64,000 nucleotides of DNA from Bdellovibrionales bacterium (GCA_043784965.1 JAYVXS010000165.1:14834-78833); one strand, 5' to 3'; shown: positions 1-9,208, counted from the first letter of the stretch. Notes: generated by a model from the letters alone, not told the origin. Numbers and translations: made by a program.

Positions 1-1
1 T

Positions 2-541
2 CATCATCTCGAAATTCTGGATCTTGAAAATGATCAGTCTGTCAGCCCGGGACAAGTGGGAAGAATGGTATTCACAAGCTATGGCAGACAGGGTCTGAAC
101 TTACTGCGCTACGACCTTGGTGATTTAGGCGCTTGGGTTGATGAGCCCTGTGAGTGCGGCAGACAGGCGCCGCGCTTTGAGCTCCTTGGGCGACATGGCG
201 ATATCTTTCGAGCCGCGGGTGCCTTTCTGAACTACAATAAATTTGCCCAGATTCTCTCAAATGAGTTTTCATACTCTCATGAATTTCAAATTATTTTACG
301 TAAACCAGATAAACTAGATCAAATCCATTTGGTTATTGATCAATTGGCAATCTCTCTCGATCCAGAGCTAAACGTCGATAAAATTAAACATTGCTTGCTC
401 TCTAAATACCCCGATCTGAAGGAACTGGTTACAGATGAGAGCTCTCTTGAACTCAAAATTGCGGCCCTTGAAAAAACTCAGTTTTTGAGGTCGCCCGGCA
501 GTGGAAAATTATTTAGAATCATAGATCAACGAGGAAAATGA
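2..541 (+). CDS. PaaK/F390-synthetase-family adenylate-forming enzyme, C-terminal part (5' end outside window)
   Basis: The frame is open from nt 2 (HHLEILDLENDQSVSPGQVGRMVFTS...). It has a CECGR motif. The C-terminal domain is paralogous to the next ORF (FQIILRKPDKLDQ / GKLFRIIDQR vs FQLIIRHFDKLDQ / GKLKRIIDER). Confidence 0.6.
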   Translation, partial: HHLEILDLENDQSVSPGQVGRMVFTSYGRQGLNLLRYDLGDLGAWVDEPCECGRQAPRFELLGRHGDIFRAAGAFLNYNKFAQILSNEFSYSHEFQIILRKPDKLDQIHLVIDQLAISLDPELNVDKIKHCLLSKYPDLKELVTDESSLELKIAALEKTQFLRSPGSGKLFRIIDQRGK

Positions 542-542
542 A

Positions 543-1793
543 ATGAAGCCCTATTCGTTTTTAGAAGTCTATCAATTTGCAAAGAAGCACTCTGCATTTT
601 ATAGAGATCTCTACAAAGATCTTTCTGATACACCAAATATAGAGGATCTACCGCTTGTCGACAGTAGCATATTTTGGCCTAAAAACAGCCCCGCAGATAA
701 TCAAGTGCTCACCGGCCATCAAGAGGACGGCATCGTTTTTAAGAGCGGCGGCACCTCCGGAAATGCTAAATTTTCTTACTTCACCAGAGAAGAATGGCAA
801 TCTTTGGTAGGCATTTTTGGTGAAGGCATGGGTCACGCCGCCATTCGCGATGGCGAACGGGTGGCGAATTTCTTCTACGCAGGCGACCTATACGCCTCGT
901 TTATCTTCATCATGAGGGCCATAGAGTCATCTCGGGTTAAGGTCATTCAACTCCCACTAGGGGGCGCCGCCGATATCGAAAATATAATTAAAACACTGAC
1001 TGAATTTAAGATAGACGTTTGGGCTGGACCACCCACGACTCTGATGAAAATTGCTGAATCGGTCGTAAAGCTAAAAGCACCATCACCTAAAAAAGTTCTC
1101 TTCGGCGGTGAAAGCTTCTATCCCGATCAACGACGCCATCTGACTTCACTTTTTAAAGGTGTCGACATTCGCTCGATTGGTTACGCAAGCGTTGATGCCG
1201 GTCATATAGGTTTTGCCGACTTGAGTTGTGGCCCAGAGGAGCATCGTGCATTTTCAAAATATTCAATTGTAGAAATTATTGATGCGGATACACTAAAGCC
1301 CATTTATGAAACTGCTCGTCGTGGCAAAATCGTACTGACCAATTTGACCCGAAAGCTCATGCCCATCATCCGCTATCCAGTTGGTGATCTTGGCGAATGG
1401 ACTGAACCCACTTCTGTTAAAAGTGAGCGAAAGTTTAGAATTCTCGGAAGATCAGAGGAAGGGGCTCGAGTCGGACCTACGACTCTCTATTACGATGACC
1501 TTGCGAGCTTTTTGCAAAATTATCAAATGCAACTTGAGTCTACAGGCTTTCAACTGATCATTCGTCATTTTGATAAATTAGATCAGTTGGTTTTTCGCAT
1601 TGCCAAGACCTCTCAAGGCAAAATTACACCAGCGGAGCTCTTAAAACATCTCGAAAAAGAGCGGCCGCTTTGTTATGATTTAGCTCGTGACAAAAAAATG
1701 CACGCTGTTCACATTGATTTTGTAAAGCCTGACGAGCTAGAAGCCAATCTTCGAACCGGCAAACTCAAACGCATTATAGACGAAAGGTTTTAA
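543..1793 (+). CDS. Phenylacetate-CoA ligase-like (PaaK/CapK/F390 synthetase family) adenylate-forming enzyme
   Basis: 416 aa. SGGTSGNAKF resembles the (S/T)SGTTG phosphate-binding loop of ANL/PaaK enzymes. The ATG lies 1 nt after the stop of the upstream paralog. Confidence 0.65.
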   Translation: MKPYSFLEVYQFAKKHSAFYRDLYKDLSDTPNIEDLPLVDSSIFWPKNSPADNQVLTGHQEDGIVFKSGGTSGNAKFSYFTREEWQSLVGIFGEGMGHAAIRDGERVANFFYAGDLYASFIFIMRAIESSRVKVIQLPLGGAADIENIIKTLTEFKIDVWAGPPTTLMKIAESVVKLKAPSPKKVLFGGESFYPDQRRHLTSLFKGVDIRSIGYASVDAGHIGFADLSCGPEEHRAFSKYSIVEIIDADTLKPIYETARRGKIVLTNLTRKLMPIIRYPVGDLGEWTEPTSVKSERKFRILGRSEEGARVGPTTLYYDDLASFLQNYQMQLESTGFQLIIRHFDKLDQLVFRIAKTSQGKITPAELLKHLEKERPLCYDLARDKKMHAVHIDFVKPDELEANLRTGKLKRIIDERF

Positions 1794-1801
1794 GGTCAAA
1801 A

Positions 1802-2644
1802 ATGAAAAATTTTCTTCCATTTTTAATAATTGTGGCAGTGTTTTCAAGTTGTGCAACGATGCGCAAACCGGGCTCTGGAAAGCTAAAGGTGAAAGAAGAA
1901 TTATTTCGCGATCTAAAGGCTTGCTTCATAGCCTACGACCTCAATACGGACAAGATTGTTGCCGAGAGAGGGGGCGCCAATTGCACTGAAAGAGCCCCGG
2001 CTTGTTCGACCTTTAAAGTTCCGCTTGCACTTATGGCGTTTGACTCGAAAGTGATTGCTGACGAAAGCCATTCATTCAAATGGGACGGCGTGAATCACCC
2101 CATCAGCGCCTGGAATCAAGACCAAACTGCCACAACCTGGATGAAAGAGTCCGTTGTCTGGGTTTCACAAACCATCACCCCAGAGATTGGCGTCGAAAAA
2201 ATAGCTGAGTATTTAAAACTCTTTAATTATGGAAATGGCGATTTATCTGGAGGCCTTACCACCGCTTGGCTACCTATGAAATCTAAAGGGCCTGGCTCGG
2301 CGACACTACTTATATCACCCAATGAGCAGCTCGAGTTTATGAAGGGCTTTTGGAAGCAAAGCTTCAAGATATCACAGGATGCCTATAAGAAAACAAAACA
2401 CTTGATTCAGCTCGAAAGTCTACCCCATGGTTTTTTTATGAGCGGCAAAACTGGATCGGGCTTGGTCGGAGAGCGTGGCCGAACACGGCTCGGTTGGTTT
2501 ATCGGTCATGTCGAAGGGCACGGCTTTCAGTTGCTTACAATTATGAAATTTTTAGATAGTGACGCTCAAAGTTTGAAGCGCCCCGCCGGCGAACAAGCTA
2601 AAGAAATGACCTTGAGAATACTACGCGCCAATGGTCTACAATAG
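1802..2644 (+). CDS. Class D (OXA-type) serine beta-lactamase, lipoprotein
   Basis: 280 aa with lipobox-like FSSC. The class D motifs occur in canonical order: STFK, SVV (SxV), YGN, TAWL Trp, KTG, GWFIG. Confidence 0.8.
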   Translation: MKNFLPFLIIVAVFSSCATMRKPGSGKLKVKEELFRDLKACFIAYDLNTDKIVAERGGANCTERAPACSTFKVPLALMAFDSKVIADESHSFKWDGVNHPISAWNQDQTATTWMKESVVWVSQTITPEIGVEKIAEYLKLFNYGNGDLSGGLTTAWLPMKSKGPGSATLLISPNEQLEFMKGFWKQSFKISQDAYKKTKHLIQLESLPHGFFMSGKTGSGLVGERGRTRLGWFIGHVEGHGFQLLTIMKFLDSDAQSLKRPAGEQAKEMTLRILRANGLQ

Positions 2645-2703
2645 GCAGTCTGCAATAGGCAATCTACAATAGGCAGTCTGCAATAGGCAGTCTACAATAG
2701 GCA
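2634..2703. repeat. 14-bp tandem repeat x5 (GTCTRCAATAGGCA)
   Basis: Five head-to-tail units read directly. Unit 1 contains the last codons (CTA CAA) and the TAG stop of the beta-lactamase gene. Confidence 0.95.
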
Positions 2704-2722
2704 AAGATGCCGTCGGGATAAT

Positions 2723-4138
2723 TTAGTGATGATGATGGTGATTGCTAACATTTTCTCCGTCGTCGGCCTTGAGTTCGGCAAAACCAAAGGCTGAAAAAAT
2801 CGTTAGTAGACCCATTACTAAAAATGCCTTGTGTAGACCAGAGATCATCACTTCTGAGTTTGCATGTAAACGATCCGAAATGAAAAAACTTGTGGCAAGA
2901 GAAGCCACCGCAACGCCAAAGCTTAAAGACATTTGCTGAATGGTGCTCATGATAGTGCTGGCCATTCCAGTATTTTTATCGCTGACATCTGCATAGCCAA
3001 GACAACTCATACTAGTGTATTGCAAAGAGGAAAGTGATCCAAAAACACAAGCTTGCAGGATAATAATCCAAACACTGGTTTCAGCTCCAACCGTTGCGAA
3101 TAGCATAATCAAAAGGCCGATCACGATGGTATTGACCAGCAGTAAGTTTTTAAAACCAAAATGAGTGATAATTCGAGGCACCCAATGTCTGGTTAAAATA
3201 GCCGAAATGGATTGTGGCACAATCAATAATCCTGATTGAATCGGGGTATAGCCAAGTCCGATTTGATAAAGAAGTGGCAGCAAAAATGGCATACCTCCTG
3301 CGCCGAGCCTGGTAAAAAAATTTCCGAGGACGGTGCATCTCAAAGTGCGAATCTTTAGAATTCCGACGCGCAAAACCGGAAATGGCGTCGATAATGAATG
3401 AATACCATAGGTCAAAAGAAACAAACTCGAAACACTGAACAAACCAAAAATCTCTAAGCCCGTCAGAGTATGTTCGCCAAAAACCTCTAAGACATAAGAA
3501 AGTAAAGTGATGCCACTACCAAATAAAATCAGCCCAACAAAATCAAGCGGCTCAGGTTTTTCTTCGCGATAGTCCGGTAGATATTTTTGCACCCAAATGA
3601 AACCTAAAATCCCGATCGGTAGATTTACAAAAAATATCATGCGCCAATTTAGAAAGCCCACAATAAGGCCGCCAATAAGAGGACCAAGCATCGGCCCAAT
3701 AAGGGCCGGAATAGCGACAAAGCTCATGGCGCGAATCAATTCGGACTTTGCAAAAGAACGGACCAATGTGAGGCGCCCCACCGGCACCATCATCGCCCCG
3801 CCACAGCCCTGAATGATGCGACAAAAAACTAAGAAGTGAATATTGCTGGCCAGACCACAAAGCAAAGAGCCTATGGTAAAAATTGCAATGGCACTTGCGA
3901 AAACTTTTCGTGTCCCAAATCGATCGGCCATCCAACTACTGATCGGAATGAATACCGCAAGACTCAAAGTATAACTACTCAATACGGACTTCATACTCAG
4001 CGGCACCACCCCCAAGGCATTTGCCATAACTGGTACGGCAGTATTTAAAATAGTGGCGTCGAGCGACTCCATAAAAAACGCAATGGCAATGAGCCAAGGG
4101 AGTAATTTTTTTATACGTAATGGTAAATTTTCTGGCAT
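2723..4138 (-). CDS. MFS transporter, DHA2 (EmrB/QacA-like, ~14 TMS) family
   Basis: 471 aa with many hydrophobic segments and an MFS motif-A-like DRFGTRK after TM2. The C-terminus ends NVSNHHHHH. Confidence 0.8.
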   Translation of the reverse strand: MPENLPLRIKKLLPWLIAIAFFMESLDATILNTAVPVMANALGVVPLSMKSVLSSYTLSLAVFIPISSWMADRFGTRKVFASAIAIFTIGSLLCGLASNIHFLVFCRIIQGCGGAMMVPVGRLTLVRSFAKSELIRAMSFVAIPALIGPMLGPLIGGLIVGFLNWRMIFFVNLPIGILGFIWVQKYLPDYREEKPEPLDFVGLILFGSGITLLSYVLEVFGEHTLTGLEIFGLFSVSSLFLLTYGIHSLSTPFPVLRVGILKIRTLRCTVLGNFFTRLGAGGMPFLLPLLYQIGLGYTPIQSGLLIVPQSISAILTRHWVPRIITHFGFKNLLLVNTIVIGLLIMLFATVGAETSVWIIILQACVFGSLSSLQYTSMSCLGYADVSDKNTGMASTIMSTIQQMSLSFGVAVASLATSFFISDRLHANSEVMISGLHKAFLVMGLLTIFSAFGFAELKADDGENVSNHHHHH

Positions 4139-4185
4139 AGCTTCGACAGAATACGCGTCAAAGCTTGTTTTGGCAATTGATGGGA

Positions 4186-4201
4186 TGGCATCAAAGCTGC
4201 A
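4186..4201 (+). promoter_or_regulatory. Candidate sigma-54 (-24/-12) promoter
   Basis: TGGCAT-N5-CTGCA with GG-N10-GC spacing, about 70 nt upstream of the ATG at 4272. The consensus is TGGCAC-N5-TTGCW. Confidence 0.35.
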
Positions 4202-4271
4202 TTGCCCTTGGCTGTTAAACTAAACTTAACTAACTTTAACCAACCAAACTAAACCAAAACGGGGAATTTAT

Positions 4272-4805
4272 ATGAAAAAACTAATTGGCTTCTTAGCCAT
4301 ATTTGTTGCACAAGGTGCACTTGCTGGAACCTGCCTAATTAAAACTACGGAAACTTATATTTACACCGGTGAGCGAGTCCTATTTTCGCAAATTTCTGTT
4401 CCATCACTTGGGGTCCAGGATTGTGCTCGCAAAGGCCAAGAGACCGCTAACTTTGTGTTTTCAAGCAATATACAAAATTCAGTAGAAGTTCTAACCACTG
4501 CGCAATTTCTCTATAACAACGGCGGCGCCTCACAGAGAATGCAATTTGTTGGTCAATACTTTCAGCTCACCCCACAGTGGGAAGTTATGTATCCCCATCT
4601 CTTGCTTGGTCCTGCGTACTTAGGTCTTTATGCTTCTTATCACTATAGATATTATGGCCACTACCCTGTTGGTCCTCGATATAATCACCCAGAAGTTCGC
4701 ATTCACTTCCAAACTCGCCAGACCAGAGAAGTTCGCATCGTCGAACATCGCACGGTCTACGAAAGAAGTCGTGGTCGTGGCAATGGACATGGCCCGCGAC
4801 GCTAG
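4272..4805 (+). CDS. Secreted hypothetical protein with Tyr/Arg/His-rich C-terminus
   Basis: 177 aa. N-terminal signal peptide (MKKLIGFLAIFVAQGALAG). No family recognised. An intrinsic terminator follows. Confidence 0.55.
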   Translation: MKKLIGFLAIFVAQGALAGTCLIKTTETYIYTGERVLFSQISVPSLGVQDCARKGQETANFVFSSNIQNSVEVLTTAQFLYNNGGASQRMQFVGQYFQLTPQWEVMYPHLLLGPAYLGLYASYHYRYYGHYPVGPRYNHPEVRIHFQTRQTREVRIVEHRTVYERSRGRGNGHGPRR

Positions 4806-4842
4806 TACTTAGATTTTATTAATGCACACAAATGTTAATTTT

Positions 4843-4872
4843 AGGAGTCCTTAGCTTGGACTCCTTTTTTTA
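4843..4872 (+). terminator. Rho-independent terminator
   Basis: AGGAGTCC, 7-nt loop, GGACTCCT, followed by a T7 run. Confidence 0.75.
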
Positions 4873-4885
4873 TCGAGTTAGGTTC

Positions 4886-5033
4886 TTCAGTTTCAGGGCC
4901 GCCGCAACCGATCTCGGTTTTTTAGTTTCAGTACCTGCGCCAGTACCTGTATCTGTCCTGCACCTGTACCTGCACCTGCACCTGTACCTGAAATCTGTTT
5001 AACTGTCTCACCGACCCTGCACTCGGCTTTTTC
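4886..5033 (-). repeat. Dispersed intergenic repeat, copy D (both modules, split by a YACCTG hexamer microsatellite)
   Basis: The reverse complement reads ...GCCGAGTGCAGGGTCGGTGAGACAGTTAAACAGATTTCAGGTACA..(CAGGTR)n..GGTACTGAAACTAAAAAACCGAGATCGGTTGCGGCGGCCCTGAAACTG. This aligns with the copies at 13705, 19935 and 51348. Confidence 0.7.
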
Positions 5034-5063
5034 AAATATTGCCAAATAAAACAATAAGCACCC

Positions 5064-7736
5064 TCAATCCCCTTGCCATGTTGAAACTGCCGAGACCGGA
5101 TAGACCAATGTCCCCGGCGGCTGATTTGCCAGATATGAGAAGTGTGGATCGAAGACATAATTTCGAACTGGAGCATTGTAAACCGTGCCTATTACTGGAG
5201 CTCCCAAATGATAGACCGGATAAAAGCCAATCATCACCGAGCCGGTTAGATTCATTGTCGTACCCGACCAGTCTTCTAAAAATGCGGTAATACCATTGTA
5301 TTGAAGAGCGTTGGCCTTGCGCATATATCCAGTCAAGATGGCGGCAATAAGTGAGGTGGTGGATGCATTTCGCGAGGTATAAGCCGGTGGATTAGTCCAA
5401 TCATCGTTTGCATCTGTCCAATTGTTTGAGAGTAAATAGAAACTGTCGCTACCTAGCATTGCTGGCAACCATGGTGTTGAAGTCGCAGTCGTCGTAACTG
5501 AATTGGTATTGTAGTTTCCCACTAAATACATCGGAAGATTCGTAACCAGACTTAGTCCACTAGGTATTGCCACCGCATCAAAGTTTGCGCCATTGTAAAC
5601 TCGTAGCGCATTCGGAAAAGCCACAATACCAGCCGATGAATAAGACGCACAGTCAGGAATTTCAAATCGACTTTTGGTCCCATGACCAGCAGGGTTGCCG
5701 TTGCCCCAACCATAATGATTGCCATTTGAGTAACTACCGCCCCCGCCATTTCCCGGCACCCGATCAAAATCTACTCCAGCTAATCCTGGGCGTACGTGGC
5801 TTGGTAAGTTTGAACAAAGCGCATAAGGTAAAGCCGTCTGCGTAGACGGTGAAATCGCCGGCATCTGTAAACTATCATAGGCTGCACCCTGATAAGGATA
5901 CTCTTGGGGCTGTCCAGAACCAAACCCAGTGAGTGATCCGGGCCAAGTAGCCGTTACATAAATAATACCATTGAAATTTCTACCCATTAGCTTTCCGACG
6001 CCGAAATAAGATCCGAGCTCGCCAACGGTCGCCGTCTTGAGTGCTGTCTGAAACTGACCGACGTCAAAATTGATTGGATAAATTTTACTTCTGGGAAGTT
6101 GGTTAGGCGACGGCGAATCCAATTGAAGATGTTGGTCGCGAAATCCGCCCCGAGCGGCGTTCAAAATAAATGTGGGTATGCCTGGGTCACTTCCACTTTG
6201 GCAGGTCACCGCCTGAGTTCCAGCATTACAAGGAAGTGGCGGATTAATTGCATTGATCAAACCAGAAGCTGGCGCACAGGTGATCTTTTTCCCGAAGCAC
6301 AGATCCGTCTGACCCGCACCATTCCATTGACCATTTCCCAAATTTATATTTCCGCCGGCAGTTCCAACTACCAAACTCATCCATCCCGATGGCACAAGCG
6401 GTGGGTTTGCAACTCCGCTCACACCTAGATTTCCATAAGAGAGAATGCCATTTGGATCAGCTGAAATACTTGCGTTTGCAGTCACATATTCATAAAATGA
6501 AAATCGACTCGGACCTGCCGCTGTCCATGTATAACTCACACCACGGGTTGCCCAATAGGCACGAATATCATCTTGGCCGACAGCAACTGTTTTGCTAACC
6601 GCCACAACGGGCGGACCAAATACTGCATCTGCACGCCCCGGGTGATCTGACCAAATGGGCAGGCCAGGCCAACTCGCTTGATTGGCAGGGTCCTTCAGAT
6701 ACCAGACTCCATCGATCACGCGAATATCTGCATTGTTTGCATATTTTTGCGGAGAAATTGTTGGGGTATCAGTTGCTAAAGGAGGATCGATACTAAATCT
6801 GGTATTGGTTTGGTTTGAAATTGGAGCAAACGAATTTCCATCGACACCAAATTGAGCTCGATTCTGCGTGCCCGCACCCGGAAGCCGCAAGGCCTGCCCA
6901 CCAAGGGCCTGATCCACCGCATTTACGCCCCAAGTATTGCGCGCATAAACCGGCCAAGCCTGACCCGTGCCTGCACAATTTGTGCATCCATTATCGCCAT
7001 TTGCTAGAAGCGAAGTAAAGGCTGTAAAGCTCGAATTGGTGGCGATTTTTGAAGTCCCGGTGTAGCCAGATGGATATCTACAACGGGTATCGGCCCCATC
7101 CATAATGCGGCCTGATGCCGTGATTAAACCAATCTTCAATGAGCTCCATGCGCCAAGACATGCGTCGCCATTTACATGAACTCGGCCAAGCAATGTCATA
7201 GCTGGCCTCGGCTCCCAATCGGCATAGGGCATATCTCCAAAAATCATAAATTGAAACGGATAGATTGCCCCCAGAGACATGGTGGACGTCACCGTTGAGG
7301 TCACATTTGTAAGCGTCGAACGAACGGTAATTGTAAGACTTATAGTAGTTGCCGGCGATTGCATTCCTGCAAATGGGCCTGATGGCAAAATCGAATTCGC
7401 AACATAACTTAAGACATTCACACTCACCGTTTGCAACAAATACCCTTGCGGCACTAAGGTCGGCAAATCGGCTTGAAGTTTTTGCGTCAATTCGGGGCCG
7501 GTATAACTACTTGAAACCTGAAGGTAAGCACCGAGCTGAGCTAAGGCAATTTTGCGAACTCCCTCTGCAATGTAAAAGGCTCTTTGTTGACTTAAAAAAC
7601 TTTGATTGTTGGTGACTGAGGCGCTGTATTGGTAGAGACCAACGACTCCTACTAATGAGACCGTAGCAATCAATAGACTCGCAAACAACATTACCTGTCC
7701 ATTTTCATTTTTAAGAGAATGCATTAGATTTTTCAT
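5064..7736 (-). CDS. Large pilus-associated protein with PilX-N-like N-terminus (putative tip/adhesin component)
   Basis: Last gene of the minor-pilin operon. The start is probably M4 (SD TAAGGA 8 nt upstream). The hydrophobic N-terminus NGQVMLFASLLIATVSLVGVVGL lacks a G/FxxxE prepilin site. About 850 aa are Gly/Asn/Thr-rich with scattered Cys pairs. Confidence 0.55.
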   Translation of the reverse strand: MKNLMHSLKNENGQVMLFASLLIATVSLVGVVGLYQYSASVTNNQSFLSQQRAFYIAEGVRKIALAQLGAYLQVSSSYTGPELTQKLQADLPTLVPQGYLLQTVSVNVLSYVANSILPSGPFAGMQSPATTISLTITVRSTLTNVTSTVTSTMSLGAIYPFQFMIFGDMPYADWEPRPAMTLLGRVHVNGDACLGAWSSLKIGLITASGRIMDGADTRCRYPSGYTGTSKIATNSSFTAFTSLLANGDNGCTNCAGTGQAWPVYARNTWGVNAVDQALGGQALRLPGAGTQNRAQFGVDGNSFAPISNQTNTRFSIDPPLATDTPTISPQKYANNADIRVIDGVWYLKDPANQASWPGLPIWSDHPGRADAVFGPPVVAVSKTVAVGQDDIRAYWATRGVSYTWTAAGPSRFSFYEYVTANASISADPNGILSYGNLGVSGVANPPLVPSGWMSLVVGTAGGNINLGNGQWNGAGQTDLCFGKKITCAPASGLINAINPPLPCNAGTQAVTCQSGSDPGIPTFILNAARGGFRDQHLQLDSPSPNQLPRSKIYPINFDVGQFQTALKTATVGELGSYFGVGKLMGRNFNGIIYVTATWPGSLTGFGSGQPQEYPYQGAAYDSLQMPAISPSTQTALPYALCSNLPSHVRPGLAGVDFDRVPGNGGGGSYSNGNHYGWGNGNPAGHGTKSRFEIPDCASYSSAGIVAFPNALRVYNGANFDAVAIPSGLSLVTNLPMYLVGNYNTNSVTTTATSTPWLPAMLGSDSFYLLSNNWTDANDDWTNPPAYTSRNASTTSLIAAILTGYMRKANALQYNGITAFLEDWSGTTMNLTGSVMIGFYPVYHLGAPVIGTVYNAPVRNYVFDPHFSYLANQPPGTLVYPVSAVSTWQGD

Positions 7737-7746
7737 ATCAAACATC

Positions 7747-7806
7747 CTTAGTGATAAACTTAGTGATAAACTTAGTGATAATCTTAGTAATAAACTTAGT
7801 GATAAA
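7747..7806. repeat. 12-bp tandem repeat x5 (CTTAGTGATAAA)
   Basis: Five units fill the whole pilW-like / large-ORF intergenic gap. On the coding (-) strand each unit reads TTTATCACTAAG, which carries TAT CAC TAA, the last codons and stop of the pilW-like gene. Confidence 0.95.
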
Positions 7807-8788
7807 GAAAATCATTTCGTGGGGCGAATTTAAGTATAGCTTTACGAGTATCCCATTGGCCCAAAGCACGAACGGGCCCATCAAGAATTTGCGTACTTTG
7901 GTTTGCCGGCGCGCTACTGTTGTTGGCAGGCACACCTGTGACAATGGCAACTTTAATTATTTTCAGCATCGTTGAATTTGCATTTAAAAATACCCCGACC
8001 CCAAATGCCTCGCCCGGAGAATTGTATAGGTAGTTGTCTGTGTTGGTGCCGTTATCCAACAAATTGCCGTCATTATTATAATCGATGCCGAGGGCAAACT
8101 GCAAATCGAGCACCTGATCTGCAAGAATATTCATTTCGCCTGCATCGATTGAACCGTTATTGTTAAAGTCAGTAAATTGTTTTACTTGATTGATCGTACT
8201 GTCCCAATAAATTGTCTTTACTACAACTGTCGTTAATGTTCCTCCAGCCCAGTTTACCACTGCTGGCACTGAGTTATTGAGAGCCGCTTGGCCTGGCAAA
8301 AATCCCATTTGGCATAAAGCAATATTAATACTGGTCGCATAGATCTGCGCATAAGAGGTGCCCAAAGTGATCATAAAACTCTTACCGATCATCGCTGGAT
8401 TAAGCGTACAAGCCGTGGTCAAAATTTGCAGTATCGTAGGTGTCACCATCCCGGTAACCAGATACTCCATTGCGGGGATAACCGAAGCAGTTAACGTGAG
8501 CCGATCCGAACCATTACAATCTGGAAATGGGCCGCGCGCACTGCAATTATTTTCAAGAAAGGCTGCCATCCACGGCCGAACTGTAGCGCCTCCAATTTGA
8601 CCAATTTCATGACCAAAGTAATTGGTCATGGTAAATGCATCTTGAGACAAATTGGATCGTGAAATATAACGAAACTGACTTTGCGTGACACTGACACTTT
8701 GTGAAATTGCGATAACCAGTAAAAACGATGAAATACCAACCGCCATCATGATTTCGATCAAACTATAGCCAAGCTGATTCAATCTCAC
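7796..8788 (-). CDS. PilW-like type IV pilus minor pilin
   Basis: 330 aa. Prepilin-type N-terminus MRLNQLGYSLIEIMMAVGISSFLL. The size and operon position are typical of PilW. Confidence 0.65.
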   Translation of the reverse strand: MRLNQLGYSLIEIMMAVGISSFLLVIAISQSVSVTQSQFRYISRSNLSQDAFTMTNYFGHEIGQIGGATVRPWMAAFLENNCSARGPFPDCNGSDRLTLTASVIPAMEYLVTGMVTPTILQILTTACTLNPAMIGKSFMITLGTSYAQIYATSINIALCQMGFLPGQAALNNSVPAVVNWAGGTLTTVVVKTIYWDSTINQVKQFTDFNNNGSIDAGEMNILADQVLDLQFALGIDYNNDGNLLDNGTNTDNYLYNSPGEAFGVGVFLNANSTMLKIIKVAIVTGVPANNSSAPANQSTQILDGPVRALGQWDTRKAILKFAPRNDFLYH

Positions 8789-9204
8789 TGCTCACCTCGA
8801 AACGAAGTTACGGTGATTGGACGCAATCCATTTTCTGCATGAATTGAAACTGATACATCAATTCTCATCACTGACACCATCGGCGTATCCAAAGTTACCA
8901 GCCAACTCACCGTGAATAGCCCACTTGTAACCTTCATTTGATCGCGATCATAATCTTGGGAGTGCTGGCCCGGGCTCAAAACTGGGTCACTACTATTTCG
9001 AATCATTAATTCTTCCATAAAATTGGCACTGAGCTCAGTGGCGATCGCCGTATTTGCATCACGACCTAAATTCTGTGATATCTGACCCGAGAGATTCATG
9101 TTTGCAAAGATCGCCACACCAACAACGACCATGGTGATCATGACCTCAATCAGGCTAAAACCTTTATTATTTATTTTAATTTTGCCAGTGCCTAGTTTTT
9201 TCAT
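8785..9204 (-). CDS. PilV-like type IV pilus minor pilin
   Basis: 139 aa. Cleavage/methylation motif KGFSLIEVMITMVVVGV. 4-nt overlap with the downstream gene. Confidence 0.65.
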   Translation of the reverse strand: MKKLGTGKIKINNKGFSLIEVMITMVVVGVAIFANMNLSGQISQNLGRDANTAIATELSANFMEELMIRNSSDPVLSPGQHSQDYDRDQMKVTSGLFTVSWLVTLDTPMVSVMRIDVSVSIHAENGLRPITVTSFRGEQ

Positions 9205-9208
9205 AAAT

